Of a stretch of 64,000 bases of DNA, positions 46,209-56,721 are shown one piece after another (the stretch's first letter is position 1; each line of letters starts with the position of its first letter). The position numbers were made by a program, and so were the translations under genes. The notes under the pieces were generated by a model. The model was given only the letters and a program-made list of their open reading frames with translations, did no database searches and was not told the origin of the DNA. This stretch comes from a bacterium. Lineage in GTDB: Bacteria; Patescibacteriota; Minisyncoccia; Phycocordibacterales; UBA918. Location: positions 5,992 to 69,991 of the forward strand of contig JAUIFS010000001.1 in NCBI GenBank assembly GCA_030430425.1, in the 5' to 3' direction.

Positions 46209-47747
46209 TTAACGAGCGTAGGAAATTACGCGGGTTTCTCTGATTACATGCACCTTAATCTCTCCTGGGTACCGAAGCTGGGCTTCGATGTTGCCAGCAA
46301 TGGTGCGTGCAAGTGCGTTTGCTTGCACGTCTGTCAGTTCCTCTGGGTTCACCATGACACGGATCTCTCGCCCTGCTGAGATTGCAAACGCCTTCTGTAC
46401 CCCCACAAGGTCAGTGGCGATTGCTTCAAGCTCCGTTAGTCGTTTGATGTAGTTTTCAATAGAATCGCGTCGTGCGCCTGGTCGGGCCCCAGAGATAGAG
46501 TCAGCAACTTGTACGATGATCGACTCAGGTGTTTCGTACGGATACTCTTCGTGGTGGGCACGCATCGCGAGGATGACCTTCTCATCAACACCATACTTCT
46601 GGAGAATACGAATACCGATCTCAACATGTGTTCCTTGCACCTCATGACTGATGGTTTTTCCGATGTCGTGCAACAGTGCTCCAGCACGCGCAACGGCAAC
46701 GTCAGCTCCCGTTTCTTCTGCAATGATTGCGGCGATGCTTGCCATTTCAACTGAGTGCCAGAGTACATTTTGTCCATAGCTCGTACGGAAGTGGAGCCGT
46801 CCGAGAATGGTAAGAAGATCAGGGTGGAGGTTTTGTACACCGGCTTCAAACGCTGCCTTTTCTCCCATCTTACGGATGGTGCTCGCAACTTCGCTGCGTG
46901 CTTTTTCGATAGCTTCTTCGATCTTCGCAGGCTGAATTCGTCCGTCTTTCAAAAGTGTTTCAAGTGCTACCCGAGCAATCTCGCGACGAATAGGGTCAAA
47001 GGAAGAAAGGGTGATGTACCCTGGTGTATCGTCGATAAGTACATCAACTCCGGTGAGTCGCTCAAACGTGCGTACGTTTCGACCTTCTTTACCAATCACT
47101 TTCCCTTTCAGGTCGTCACTGGGGAGCTCGACATTTGAAGTCATGATGTTTGTCGGCATGTTGTTCCCTTGCCGGTGAATTGCTGCAAGGAGAATGTTTT
47201 GTGCTTGCGCTTCAAACGCTTCTTCTCCCATCATGGAAAGCTTTTGAATGCGTTTTGTAAGATCTTCTGCACGCTCGGTCTCCATGCGTGCAATTACTTG
47301 GTTGTATGCATCTTCTTGTGTAAGTCCGGCAACTTCTTCTAGTTTTGTATCAAGTTCACCTTTTCGTGCATCAAGACGTGCCTTGAGCTCTTTTACTTGG
47401 TCAATCTTGTCTCGAACAGCTTCTTTTTCAGAATCGAGTGTGATCTGACGATCATCAAGAAGCTCCTCCTTTTTTTCAAGTCGGTCTTCTTTGTGTTTGA
47501 TTTTTTCTTCTCGGTCTTTTTGGTCTATTTTTGCTTCAGCTTCAATTTTTTCTGCTTTTGCTTCAGCCTTTTCAATAATTTTTAGTGCTTTTTCTTCTGC
47601 TTCGAGTTCTTTTTCTTTAATAGCAAGTTCTACCGACGACTTCTTTGAAAGTGCGTGTAGGTATCGCAGGTAGTATCCAGAACCTATGCCGAAGAAAAGT
47701 GCAGCAGCTACTGCTCCAAGGAGCATCATAGGGGGCATTGGGGGCAT
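46209..47747 (-). CDS. rny: ribonuclease Y
   Basis: N-terminal TM, coiled coil, KH (KGKVIGKEGRN) and HD (LLHDIGK, SGARPGAR). Confidence 0.96.
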   Translation of the reverse strand: MPPMPPMMLLGAVAAALFFGIGSGYYLRYLHALSKKSSVELAIKEKELEAEEKALKIIEKAEAKAEKIEAEAKIDQKDREEKIKHKEDRLEKKEELLDDRQITLDSEKEAVRDKIDQVKELKARLDARKGELDTKLEEVAGLTQEDAYNQVIARMETERAEDLTKRIQKLSMMGEEAFEAQAQNILLAAIHRQGNNMPTNIMTSNVELPSDDLKGKVIGKEGRNVRTFERLTGVDVLIDDTPGYITLSSFDPIRREIARVALETLLKDGRIQPAKIEEAIEKARSEVASTIRKMGEKAAFEAGVQNLHPDLLTILGRLHFRTSYGQNVLWHSVEMASIAAIIAEETGADVAVARAGALLHDIGKTISHEVQGTHVEIGIRILQKYGVDEKVILAMRAHHEEYPYETPESIIVQVADSISGARPGARRDSIENYIKRLTELEAIATDLVGVQKAFAISAGREIRVMVNPEELTDVQANALARTIAGNIEAQLRYPGEIKVHVIRETRVISYAR

Positions 47748-47896
47748 AGTATGTGGTTGTTATACATATAATCATTTCGTCCGTGACGGGCATGTCTATC
47801 GTTGCAGTCATTAGAAAACATAGCAGAATTCTGCGTATGTGTCGACAAAAGTGTATGTAATTGCTAATGTACGAATAGGAAAAGAGGGAGTACCAT

Positions 47897-48103
47897 ATGT
47901 CTAAGCTCGAACTGTTAATTCGTATCATTGCAAGTCTGGTGTTTCTTATAGGACCGTTGTTTTTACTTTGGGGGCTTTTCTCTTCAGGATTGCAGACCGA
48001 ACAACCTCTTGTTCTTGAGATAGCCATCAGCACTATGCATGCAGTGATTATCACATCTGCAATACTAGTTTTGCAGTACCTGATATGGACAGAACCGTTG
48101 TAA
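47897..48103 (+). CDS. small two-TM membrane protein
   Basis: GAGGGAG SD, two hydrophobic helices, terminator after the stop. Confidence 0.6.
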   Translation: MSKLELLIRIIASLVFLIGPLFLLWGLFSSGLQTEQPLVLEIAISTMHAVIITSAILVLQYLIWTEPL

Positions 48104-48147
48104 TAAAAAGCTCGCCATCTTGGCGAGCTTTTTCTATGTTGGAATTG

Positions 48148-48756
48148 TTAGTTATATATCACATCTACTAAGCCGTATTTCTTAGCTTCATCTGCATCCA
48201 TGAAGAAGTCACGATCGACATCCTTCTCAATAACTGAGAGTGCTTTGCCGGTTGCCTTTGCAAGCATCTTGTTTAGTCGTGTGCGTGTCTTCAGGATATG
48301 CTTTGCTGTAATGTCGATATCTGACGCTTGTCCGTAGGCGCCACCACTTGGCTGATGAATCATCACTTCTGCGTTTGGCAGAATTGCTCGTTTTCCTTTT
48401 GCACCCTGCGAGAGAATGAGGGACCCCATAGAAGCTGCCATTCCGGTACACACGGTCGCAACGTCTGGCTTTATGTGATGCATGGTGTCGATGATCGAAA
48501 GTCCTGCGGTCACGCTCCCTCCTGGTGAGTTTACATAAATAAAAATGTCCTTCTTTGGGTCTTCTGCTTCAAGAAAGAGAAGTTGTGCAACCACCAGGTT
48601 CGCCATATGGTCTTCAATCGGACCGGTGACAAAAATAATACGCTCTTTAAGAAGTCGTGAGTAGATATCGAATGCTCGTTCACCTCCTTGCGTCTTTTCA
48701 ATTACCATTGGCACAAGTTGTGCCTGCTCTGTATGTTGTGATTTTTCCATAGTCAA
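48148..48756 (-). CDS. clpP: ATP-dependent Clp protease proteolytic subunit
   Basis: [24 protein letters not shown] and MIHQP motifs. Confidence 0.97.
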   Translation of the reverse strand: MTMEKSQHTEQAQLVPMVIEKTQGGERAFDIYSRLLKERIIFVTGPIEDHMANLVVAQLLFLEAEDPKKDIFIYVNSPGGSVTAGLSIIDTMHHIKPDVATVCTGMAASMGSLILSQGAKGKRAILPNAEVMIHQPSGGAYGQASDIDITAKHILKTRTRLNKMLAKATGKALSVIEKDVDRDFFMDADEAKKYGLVDVIYN

Positions 48757-48983
48757 AATTTAAATTACATCCGTTTCTGTATGTTGTGTACTGTATCAGA
48801 AAGTAGAGAAGTTGGGAACAAAACAAAAAACCTTTCGATCGATTGAAAGGTTTTTTGTCGCCGCTCTGTTTGGCGAAAGTTAAGCAGAGTGCTTTAGACA
48901 CAAGACGCGCAAGGAATTTGGAGCGAGCCTTACTGATGCATAAGGCGAGCTTCAAATTACCGAAGCGCAACACAGATGGAGTA

Positions 48984-50189
48984 TTATGATTGGCTTTCGA
49001 GCATCTGCATCACTGCTTCGTTAGTCATGACTGATGCTACATATACACGTACGCGTGCTTCATCAGCATCTTTGTATTGCTCGAGCAATTGATCAACTTG
49101 TGCGTCCATTGCTGCTTGGTCAGGCTTCACGTCTTCAACTTTTGCAATTTCGTTGAGGATGAGTTGTAGCTGCGCTCGCTTTTCTGCTGCAGGTGTCCAC
49201 TCAGCGGTGAGTTCTTCCTTTGTTTTTTTAATGTGTCCGAGGTAGTCATCCATCTTAAGGTTTGCGCGGGTGAGATCTTCGTTCATTTGCGCGAACATTT
49301 GTTCGATTTCAGAGTCGATGAGGATTTGTGGTAGTACCATCTGCGAAGCCTCGATCACTTTGTCAGTAATCTTTGCTCGATGTGCAGCACCTACTTCTCG
49401 TTCTTTTTCAATAGAGAGGTGTTCACGAACTTTTGCTTTGAAGTCGTCTACAGATTCAAACTGTCCTGGTTGTCCGAGCTCCTTCACAAGGTCATCGGTA
49501 AGCTCAGGGATCTCGTCGTCTGATACTGCTTTTACTTCAGGCTCGTCATGTGCTGGTCCGTCATGCACGGTGCCGTCTGCGTGTGTGTGTGTTTCTTTTT
49601 CTCCTTCTTTTTCTACAGTCTCTGGAGTAGGGAGTTCAGTTGTGTCACCCATATCCGCTTTCTTTTCTGCAGCTTCAGCATTCTTCTTTGCAGCTTCTTG
49701 CATGCGCTCGTACGCAAGTTTTTGTCGGAGGATGTCTTTGATCTGTGTTTCAACCTCTTCATCAGTTACTTCAGCAGAAGCTTTCTCTTTGTTTGCCTCA
49801 GCAGCAATTGCTTTGTAGTCACCAAGTGTGATTTCTGGAATAACTGCAACCGTTGCAGTGAATCCAAGTGGATTATCTTCCGCAATTTTCGTAATCGAAA
49901 GCTTTGGGTATCCAATTGCATCGATCTTGTGATGCTTACATGCTTCTGGGTATGCTTCAGCAATAGCCCGTTCCGCCATTTCGGAAAGAATAGCCATTTC
50001 TCCAACACGCTTTACTACCTCTGTGTCTGGCACGTGACCTTTGCGGAACCCATCAATCTCAATGTCTTTCCCATAGTGTGTAATTGCAGCTGCTTTATGT
50101 TTTGCAAGCTCTGCAAAAGGAATTTCCCCCTCAATTTTTACCTGAGAGTTTTCTTCCTTTGTTACTGTAAAATCTTTAACAAAATCCAT
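48984..50189 (-). CDS. tig: trigger factor lacking a canonical FKBP domain
   Basis: IDGFRKGHVP ribosome-binding motif and C-terminal domain; upstream of clpP. Confidence 0.9.
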   Translation of the reverse strand: MDFVKDFTVTKEENSQVKIEGEIPFAELAKHKAAAITHYGKDIEIDGFRKGHVPDTEVVKRVGEMAILSEMAERAIAEAYPEACKHHKIDAIGYPKLSITKIAEDNPLGFTATVAVIPEITLGDYKAIAAEANKEKASAEVTDEEVETQIKDILRQKLAYERMQEAAKKNAEAAEKKADMGDTTELPTPETVEKEGEKETHTHADGTVHDGPAHDEPEVKAVSDDEIPELTDDLVKELGQPGQFESVDDFKAKVREHLSIEKEREVGAAHRAKITDKVIEASQMVLPQILIDSEIEQMFAQMNEDLTRANLKMDDYLGHIKKTKEELTAEWTPAAEKRAQLQLILNEIAKVEDVKPDQAAMDAQVDQLLEQYKDADEARVRVYVASVMTNEAVMQMLESQS

Positions 50190-50369
50190 ATATATTAACT
50201 AAGAATGTATAAATAAGAATCAAAAATCCAAATGTGAATTAAGAAATAGGTGCTTACGATGTAAGCACCACAAGCGATGGGCATTAAACCATATTGCCGT
50301 TGCTTTTACCAGAGTAAAAAGAAAACCCCACAGAGTCTGCGAGGTTTTATAATAACCTTGTAGTTTGTT

Positions 50370-50750
50370 TTACTCCGATGCCGCATTAATCTCTGCTTCG
50401 ATTGCAGTAATTTCCGCATCAAGATTTGAAAGGTCAGTACTGTCGATGTCTGCTTGGATAGCATTGATCTCGTTAGAGGTGCTGAGTGCTCCCATGGTGT
50501 CAACCTCAGCTTCTGCATTCGTACTCTCAGGTTCGTTGTTTTCTTCTGCAGTCGGTCGTGTATTTGTATGTGTAGAAGAGTCAGTGGTGCTTGTCATAGT
50601 ACTTCCCCAGACATAGAGTCCGCCAAGAATTAAAACAAGGATGACGATAAGGATACCAAGTATCGCGCCGAGGTGTGCAGATTTATCTTGTGTTTGCATT
50701 GAAGAAAAAGATTCTTCAGGCATTTTCATTTTTGTATTATTTTCTTCCAT
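50370..50750 (-). CDS. hypothetical single-TM acidic protein
   Basis: GILIVILVLILGGLYVWG, then S.S.EI.AI.AD...TDL..LD.E (CPR-type). Confidence 0.75.
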   Translation of the reverse strand: MEENNTKMKMPEESFSSMQTQDKSAHLGAILGILIVILVLILGGLYVWGSTMTSTTDSSTHTNTRPTAEENNEPESTNAEAEVDTMGALSTSNEINAIQADIDSTDLSNLDAEITAIEAEINAASE

Positions 50751-50786
50751 AATGATTGAACGTTATTTTGAATGGTACCTAACTAT

Positions 50787-51497
50787 TTATTGTGTTTCGA
50801 GTGTTGCTTCGGTAGTTGTGTTGTTTGTTTGAGCTGCGGCAACTGCTTGAGTAAGTGTTGCTACCGAATTTTTAAGTGCACTATGGGCGTTTCTGATATC
50901 TGTAGCAGTGCCAATATATACTGTTTTTGTTTGCTCCCATGCTTCTTTTGGTGCCTCAGAATATGCAACACCATCAATGAGTACGTCGATACCCACAATA
51001 GTGAGTGTTGCATTTTCGATATGTGTTCGTGCCTCTTCAAGTTGTGTACGTGCTTCTGAGGTGTCGATGTTCTCCATTTCAAGCAAGTTTATACGTGCTT
51101 CAGTACGTTCTATAATTTGCATAATCCGTGCGATAGCAGCCTCCATGCGGTTTGAAGTGTTTGCTGAGAGATTACGTATACGGCTTTGTTTTTCTTTCGT
51201 AAGTACAGGCTGCACACCTTCAAAACCATCCTCGATTACAACATCGGTAGATCCTTCAGGGAGTGATTCACCATCTTCTAAATCAAGTATAGGGTCTTCT
51301 GTCTGCAGGTCTTCGGTATAGGATTCGTCCGTTACGTCTTCTTCAGGAAGTATTTCTGAAGCTCTGTCTTGTAATAATTGATAATTTTCTGTTGGAGTAG
51401 TTCCTGTTTCTTGCGCATGTGCAACAAATGCAAGGCTACAGAGTGCAATCAATGCTGCGGCACTGAAAGCTCCTAATGATATATGTGCTGTTTTCAT
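50787..51497 (-). CDS. hypothetical secreted coiled-coil protein
   Basis: Signal peptide ending AHAQ; helical C-terminus. Start moved to 51497. Confidence 0.7.
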   Translation of the reverse strand: MKTAHISLGAFSAAALIALCSLAFVAHAQETGTTPTENYQLLQDRASEILPEEDVTDESYTEDLQTEDPILDLEDGESLPEGSTDVVIEDGFEGVQPVLTKEKQSRIRNLSANTSNRMEAAIARIMQIIERTEARINLLEMENIDTSEARTQLEEARTHIENATLTIVGIDVLIDGVAYSEAPKEAWEQTKTVYIGTATDIRNAHSALKNSVATLTQAVAAAQTNNTTTEATLETQ

Positions 51498-51669
51498 ACT
51501 ATGTATTATCTTAAAAATCCTGAGCATCCCGCTCATTTGTATATAGTATACGTGCATACATAAGTATATTGTTCGTACTATACACAGGGACACAAGGATT
51601 AGTGTACGGACCTAAAAAATACTACGGTATACCGTAGTATTTTTTAGGTGCGTACTAGTCGCAATGTAC

Positions 51670-52590
51670 TTACATTTTTAGTGCAGGCAAGATTTGTTTT
51701 TTACGAGACACAATTCCCGGGAGCACTTCAGTATCGCTCTCGACCGTTACTCCAAACGATGCTTCCACTACTTGTGTAGTCAGATCGTTGTAGGTCAGCA
51801 CAGTTGCTTTTTCGTTGAGAATGTCAACAATGAAGAAGAGTACTTCATCTACATCTTTTTCCTCAGCGATGAGGTCCGCAATAGCTGCAACGATACCGTC
51901 TTTGCGCTCCAATACCGTTTCTGGAGTGGTGGTCTCAAGTACTGATACGCGGAAGTTTTTGTCTCCCACATCGTATTTCTTGCTGTCGAGGGTGATAAGT
52001 CCCTTATCTGAAAATTCTGAAACATCAGACTTTGCCGCAAACATCTTGTCTGCGTACGCAGAGAGATCTATTTCGAGTGTCGCCGCAAGTTTTTCCGCTA
52101 CGTCCTTATCGTGTGGTGTTGTTGTGGGTGATCGAAACGCAAGGGTGTCTGAGAGAATACATGAAAGCATGAGTCCAGCGATTTCGTGCGGCATGGTTGT
52201 CGCCTTTTCGCCCATAAGGTCGTGCATGACGGTGGCAGTACATGCAAGTGGGCGCATGGTAATGTCTACCGGTCCTGCGGTCTCCAAGCCGCCTACAAGC
52301 TTGTGGTGGTCAATGATCTGCAGTACCTGCGCTTCGTTTATGTTTGCCGGAAGTTCCTGGGGGTTATTGGTGTCTACGATTACGACCTGGGCATCTTCTG
52401 CAAGTGTCTCGAGAAGCGCAGGTGCAGTAACGCCCCAGTGATTGAGTACAAATTTTGTTTCTGTATTGAGCTCACCTAAGACAAACGCCTGTGCGTCTGC
52501 TCCGGTGTGTTCGTTTAAATACCACGCCCAGATAAGTGCAGAGCAGGTTGCGTCGGTGTCGGGTGACTTGTGTCCAAAAACGTTGATCAT
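51670..52590 (-). CDS. ppaC: Mn-dependent inorganic pyrophosphatase (family II)
   Basis: GHKSPDTD, IIDHH, ILSDTL and VSRKKQ motifs. Confidence 0.95.
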   Translation of the reverse strand: MINVFGHKSPDTDATCSALIWAWYLNEHTGADAQAFVLGELNTETKFVLNHWGVTAPALLETLAEDAQVVIVDTNNPQELPANINEAQVLQIIDHHKLVGGLETAGPVDITMRPLACTATVMHDLMGEKATTMPHEIAGLMLSCILSDTLAFRSPTTTPHDKDVAEKLAATLEIDLSAYADKMFAAKSDVSEFSDKGLITLDSKKYDVGDKNFRVSVLETTTPETVLERKDGIVAAIADLIAEEKDVDEVLFFIVDILNEKATVLTYNDLTTQVVEASFGVTVESDTEVLPGIVSRKKQILPALKM

Positions 52591-52809
52591 ATTGTTGGTC
52601 TTTAGTTATTAGCTTTTAGCAATTAGGCACCTATCGTACCTCATTCACCACAACTTATGAAGACTTTATAGTATGCACCTTAGACAACAATAGTATACAA
52701 AAGCACGGCGCCCCATGGGGCGCCGTGCTTTTTTGCCATTTTGTTCGAGATCCTTGCGTTATCATTAATGATAACGCAAGAGAATTGGAAGAGTTTTAGA
52801 GAGAGGTAA

Positions 52810-54315
52810 TTACTCTTTTGTTTCTTCCTCAGCCTCCTCTGCAATCGCTTCACCTTCTGCTTCAGTCTCTTCGGCAGCAGCTTCTTTTTTAGCTTCTTCT
52901 TCTACTTCAGCCATAAGCTCTTCTGCTTCCTCGGGAGTATCAACCTCATCGATTTCCTGCACTTGCTCTTCGTCAGTGAGGTCACGATCTTCTGTCGCTT
53001 CATCTTCTTCCGGAAGTTCTGGTTTTGTGGTGGTTGCGTCTTCGTTCTCGAGTACGTCTGCATCAGCACCAGCTTCGGTAGTTACTGGAGCGATGATTTC
53101 TGACTTTCCATCAGCGTCTGCTTCAGCAAGACCTTCACCTACATGGGAGATAATATCAATCTTCCAACCGGTTAGTTTTGCTGCAAGTCGTACGTTTTGT
53201 CCACCACGACCAATCGCAAGTGATTGCTGGTCAGGCGCGACTTCAACGATAGCGTGCCCACGGTTGTCTTCCCCGTCTTCGTCATCAGTTGGTTCAGACT
53301 CGATAGTTACTGAGAGTACCTGCGCTGGTGAAAGCGCATCCTCGATAAATTCAATTGGGTCTTCTGACCACTCGATGATGTCGATTTTCTCGCCACCAAG
53401 CTCGCTCATGACGGTTGAAACACGTACACCACGTTGTCCTACTAGAGAACCAACAGGGTCAATGTGTTCATCGTGTGCAAATACGGCAACTTTTGAACGA
53501 GCACCAGCTTCACGTGCAATTGCTTTGATCTCTACAATGCCGTTTTGCAGTTCGGGTGTTTCAATCGCAAACAGCCCTTCAAGGAAGTCAGCGTGCGCGC
53601 GTGAGAGTTTTAGGAAAATGCCGCGTGCGGTTTCATCCACCTTCAGGAGTGAAGCACGGATGCGCTCTCCAGGGCGGAATCGTTCTCCAGGAATCTGTTC
53701 ATCATAGGGCATAACTGCAGTGACGCGTCCAAGATCTACATAGAGGTTTCCGCGTTCAAAACGTTGCACGTGTCCAAGGATGATATCTCCTTCTTTTTGT
53801 CCAAACTCAGCGAGTGCTGATTCTTTTTCAGCTTCACGAATTTTCTGAATAATAACCTGCTTAGCAGTCTGTGCTGCGATGCGCCCAAAGTCGTCCTTGC
53901 TTTCAAGGGGGAAGACAAGTTCTTCTCCGAGCTCAACATCTTTTTTGATGAGACGTGCACTATCGATCATGATGTGCTTTTCAGGGTCAAACCGAACCTT
54001 GCCGTCATCGTCTGCCTCTTCTTCTTGCTTTTCAGGAGCGCCTGCAGGAAGTGGCTTTTCTTCAACCTCTTCGTCAGTTTCTTCAGGCTCAGGCTTGAGC
54101 ATTGATTCATCTACGGCAATTTTTATCTGATTGAAAATTGTCGTTCCCGTTGCAATATCAAATTCTGTGCGGATGATTTGTCCACGCTTTCCGTATTCTT
54201 TCTTGTATGCAGTAGCAAGTGCTTGCTCGATAGCATCCATCATTTTCTCGCGTGAAATACCGCGTTCTTCTTCCATTTCTCCGAGTACGGAGTTGATTAC
54301 CTTTAGATCAAACAT
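52810..54315 (-). CDS. nusA: transcription termination factor NusA with acidic tail
   Basis: FGRIAAQTAKQ, S1 and KH domains (AIGRGGQNVRLA). Confidence 0.97.
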   Translation of the reverse strand: MFDLKVINSVLGEMEEERGISREKMMDAIEQALATAYKKEYGKRGQIIRTEFDIATGTTIFNQIKIAVDESMLKPEPEETDEEVEEKPLPAGAPEKQEEEADDDGKVRFDPEKHIMIDSARLIKKDVELGEELVFPLESKDDFGRIAAQTAKQVIIQKIREAEKESALAEFGQKEGDIILGHVQRFERGNLYVDLGRVTAVMPYDEQIPGERFRPGERIRASLLKVDETARGIFLKLSRAHADFLEGLFAIETPELQNGIVEIKAIAREAGARSKVAVFAHDEHIDPVGSLVGQRGVRVSTVMSELGGEKIDIIEWSEDPIEFIEDALSPAQVLSVTIESEPTDDEDGEDNRGHAIVEVAPDQQSLAIGRGGQNVRLAAKLTGWKIDIISHVGEGLAEADADGKSEIIAPVTTEAGADADVLENEDATTTKPELPEEDEATEDRDLTDEEQVQEIDEVDTPEEAEELMAEVEEEAKKEAAAEETEAEGEAIAEEAEEETKE

Positions 54316-54371
54316 ATATAAATATCGTGTATGTATAGGGTATTCCCCTTAGTTGTAATACGTCTGGCTTT

Positions 54372-54425
54372 ATAAAAAAGAAAACCGACCGCAGAGGTCG
54401 ATATCAGACACACATATAGTATATC
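54372..54425 (-). promoter_or_regulatory. nusA leader attenuator (rimP-leader-like)
   Basis: Minus strand: TATACT, then atcgacc-tctgc-ggtcggt followed by a long U tract, about 55 nt upstream of nusA. Confidence 0.6.
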
Positions 54426-54490
54426 TCTGAGGGAGAACTGTCAATTGAATGAGAAAACCCTTGTTTCTAGGTGTAGAAGAATATAAATAA

Positions 54491-54519
54491 TTGACAAATA
54501 GTATAATACATGCTATTAT
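54491..54519 (+). promoter_or_regulatory. near-consensus sigma70 promoter
   Basis: TTGACA-N17-TATTAT with TG extension. Confidence 0.75.
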
Positions 54520-54567
54520 AATAAATAGTACTGCTTTCACCTGGGGGTCATTTTTTGGAGAAGACCA

Positions 54568-54804
54568 ATGAAAGCATCGCACAAGAACACCAAAAAGACA
54601 CTGTCGATCTTTGGCGCAATCAGCAGCGTGCTGATTATTGCCTTCGGCATCTACCTGTATATGAGCTATAACGCCAATGCAGGTACGCCAACAGTGTCAA
54701 AAACGGAATCGTCAGCGCCACTGACGTCCGTGCGGCCAATGCCGCGCCCAGAAGCACGTGCACGCGCCTTCCGCGCACAGCAACTGATTCTGGAAAACAA
54801 ATAA
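54568..54804 (+). CDS. small single-TM protein
   Basis: GGAG SD, own promoter and terminator, TM helix, SVRPMPRP motif. Confidence 0.65.
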   Translation: MKASHKNTKKTLSIFGAISSVLIIAFGIYLYMSYNANAGTPTVSKTESSAPLTSVRPMPRPEARARAFRAQQLILENK

Positions 54805-54966
54805 GCAAAGCAGCGCTTTGCAAAAACGCCCGAGCATAAGCTCTGGGCGTTTTTACGTAGATACTGCAACATACACTGTATAACTAAACGGTTTGCAGTG
54901 CCAAGGGAGGGTATAATGAGACACAAGAACACACGGGATGTTTGTTTGTTCTACTGTTTTTTATAT

Positions 54967-56721
54967 ATGCGTATACAAGATGAACAACTAAAGCGCTTTG
55001 TTTCAGACGCGGGGCTCGTACCCAAAAAGGACCTTGAAGCTGCACAAAAAGTAGCAAAGGAAGAAAAAAGAACGCTTGCTGAAGCACTTATTGCGGGAGG
55101 GTATCTTACTGAAGACGACCTTCGTCGTGTGGAGTCGTATGTGTTGGGGATTCCGTTTGTGTCACTTAAGGAAGAAAAGATCGACTTTGAGATTCTCTCA
55201 CTCATCCCCGAACCCGTCGCACGAAACCACAATATTATCGCGTTTAAAAAGAATGACGCGTCGCTCGAGGTTGCCATGCTTGACACCGCTGACTTGCCTG
55301 CAATCGATTTTGTAAAGAAAAAAGTAGGACTGAAAATTCTCCCGCGCCTGACCGACACTGAGTCGATGCGTTTTGCGCTCCAGCAGTACCAAAAAACACT
55401 GAAGGATGAGTTTGGTGACATTATCGCTAAAGAGTCCTCTGCTTTGAAAATAATTACAGAAGAAGGGGGAGAGGAAGTTAGTGAAGCTGACCTTAAGAAA
55501 ATGGCAGAAGACCTCCCGGTGGTGCGTATTGTGGACACGCTTTTACGACACGCGATTATCCAAGGCGCATCTGATATTCATATTGAACCAATGGAAGAGC
55601 AATTACTCGTTCGGTATCGTATTGACGGTATTTTGCATGATGCGATGACACTGCCGAAACATGCATCATCGACTATTGCGGCACGCCTGAAGGTGCTTTC
55701 AAGCTTAAAGCTCGATGAAAAGCGTCTCCCGCAGGACGGTCGCTTTAAAATGGAAATGGACGGACAAAAAGTATCGTTTCGTGTGTCGGTACTTCCTATT
55801 TTTTACGGTGAAAAGATCGTCATGCGTCTGTTGCGTGAAAACCGTTCAGGATTCTCATTGGAAGGTATTGGGTTCCATGGGAGTACGCATGAGCGGATTC
55901 AGAGTGCGATGAAGCAAACTACAGGAATCATTCTCGTGACTGGTCCAACAGGTTCAGGTAAAACAACAACCTTGTACACTATTCTCGATCTGCTTAATAC
56001 GCCAGAGGTAAACGTTTCAACTATTGAAGACCCGATTGAGTATCAAATGCCCCGTATCAATCAGACACAGGTAAAGTCTGAAATTGGCTTTACCTTCTCA
56101 GCTGGGTTGCGATCACTCATGCGTCAGGACCCTGACATTATTATGGTGGGAGAGATCCGTGACCAAGAAACCGCAAGTCTTGCGATCAACGCTGCACTTA
56201 CCGGACACCTTGTGCTTGCAACCGTACACACCAACTCAGCTGCAGGAACGATTGCGCGACTTGTTGACATGGGCGTGGAGTCATTTTTGATGGTTTCTAC
56301 GTTGCGTGTTGCAATTGGTCAACGACTAGTACGCCGCATAAAGGAAGATGCACGTGAGCCATATACACTTACCTCGAACGAAAAATCAGAACTTTCAAAA
56401 CATGCTGATCTTGATCGAGTACTCGAAACGCTCAAAGAAGAAAATATTATAAAATCAAACGCTACGTGGAACAGCGTGCCATTTTATCATGCGGTACCAG
56501 ATGCATCTGGGGAAGAAGTCTATAAAGGACGCATGGGGATCCATGAGGTGTTGCCGGTATCTACTACTATGAAAGACATGGTGATGTCGAGTGCCACTGC
56601 AGATCAGATTGAGGAACAAGCGCGAAAAGAAGGAATGCTTACCATGCTTGAGGATGGTATTTACAAAGCTGCACGCGGGATGACTACCATCGAAGAGGTA
56701 CTTCGGGTTATTAATGAATAA
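54967..56721 (+). CDS. pilB: type IV pilus assembly ATPase PilB/GspE
   Basis: ASDIHIEP, RLPQDGRF, GPTGSGKTT, RQDPDIIMVGEIRD and HTNSA motifs. Confidence 0.93.
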   Translation: MRIQDEQLKRFVSDAGLVPKKDLEAAQKVAKEEKRTLAEALIAGGYLTEDDLRRVESYVLGIPFVSLKEEKIDFEILSLIPEPVARNHNIIAFKKNDASLEVAMLDTADLPAIDFVKKKVGLKILPRLTDTESMRFALQQYQKTLKDEFGDIIAKESSALKIITEEGGEEVSEADLKKMAEDLPVVRIVDTLLRHAIIQGASDIHIEPMEEQLLVRYRIDGILHDAMTLPKHASSTIAARLKVLSSLKLDEKRLPQDGRFKMEMDGQKVSFRVSVLPIFYGEKIVMRLLRENRSGFSLEGIGFHGSTHERIQSAMKQTTGIILVTGPTGSGKTTTLYTILDLLNTPEVNVSTIEDPIEYQMPRINQTQVKSEIGFTFSAGLRSLMRQDPDIIMVGEIRDQETASLAINAALTGHLVLATVHTNSAAGTIARLVDMGVESFLMVSTLRVAIGQRLVRRIKEDAREPYTLTSNEKSELSKHADLDRVLETLKEENIIKSNATWNSVPFYHAVPDASGEEVYKGRMGIHEVLPVSTTMKDMVMSSATADQIEEQARKEGMLTMLEDGIYKAARGMTTIEEVLRVINE

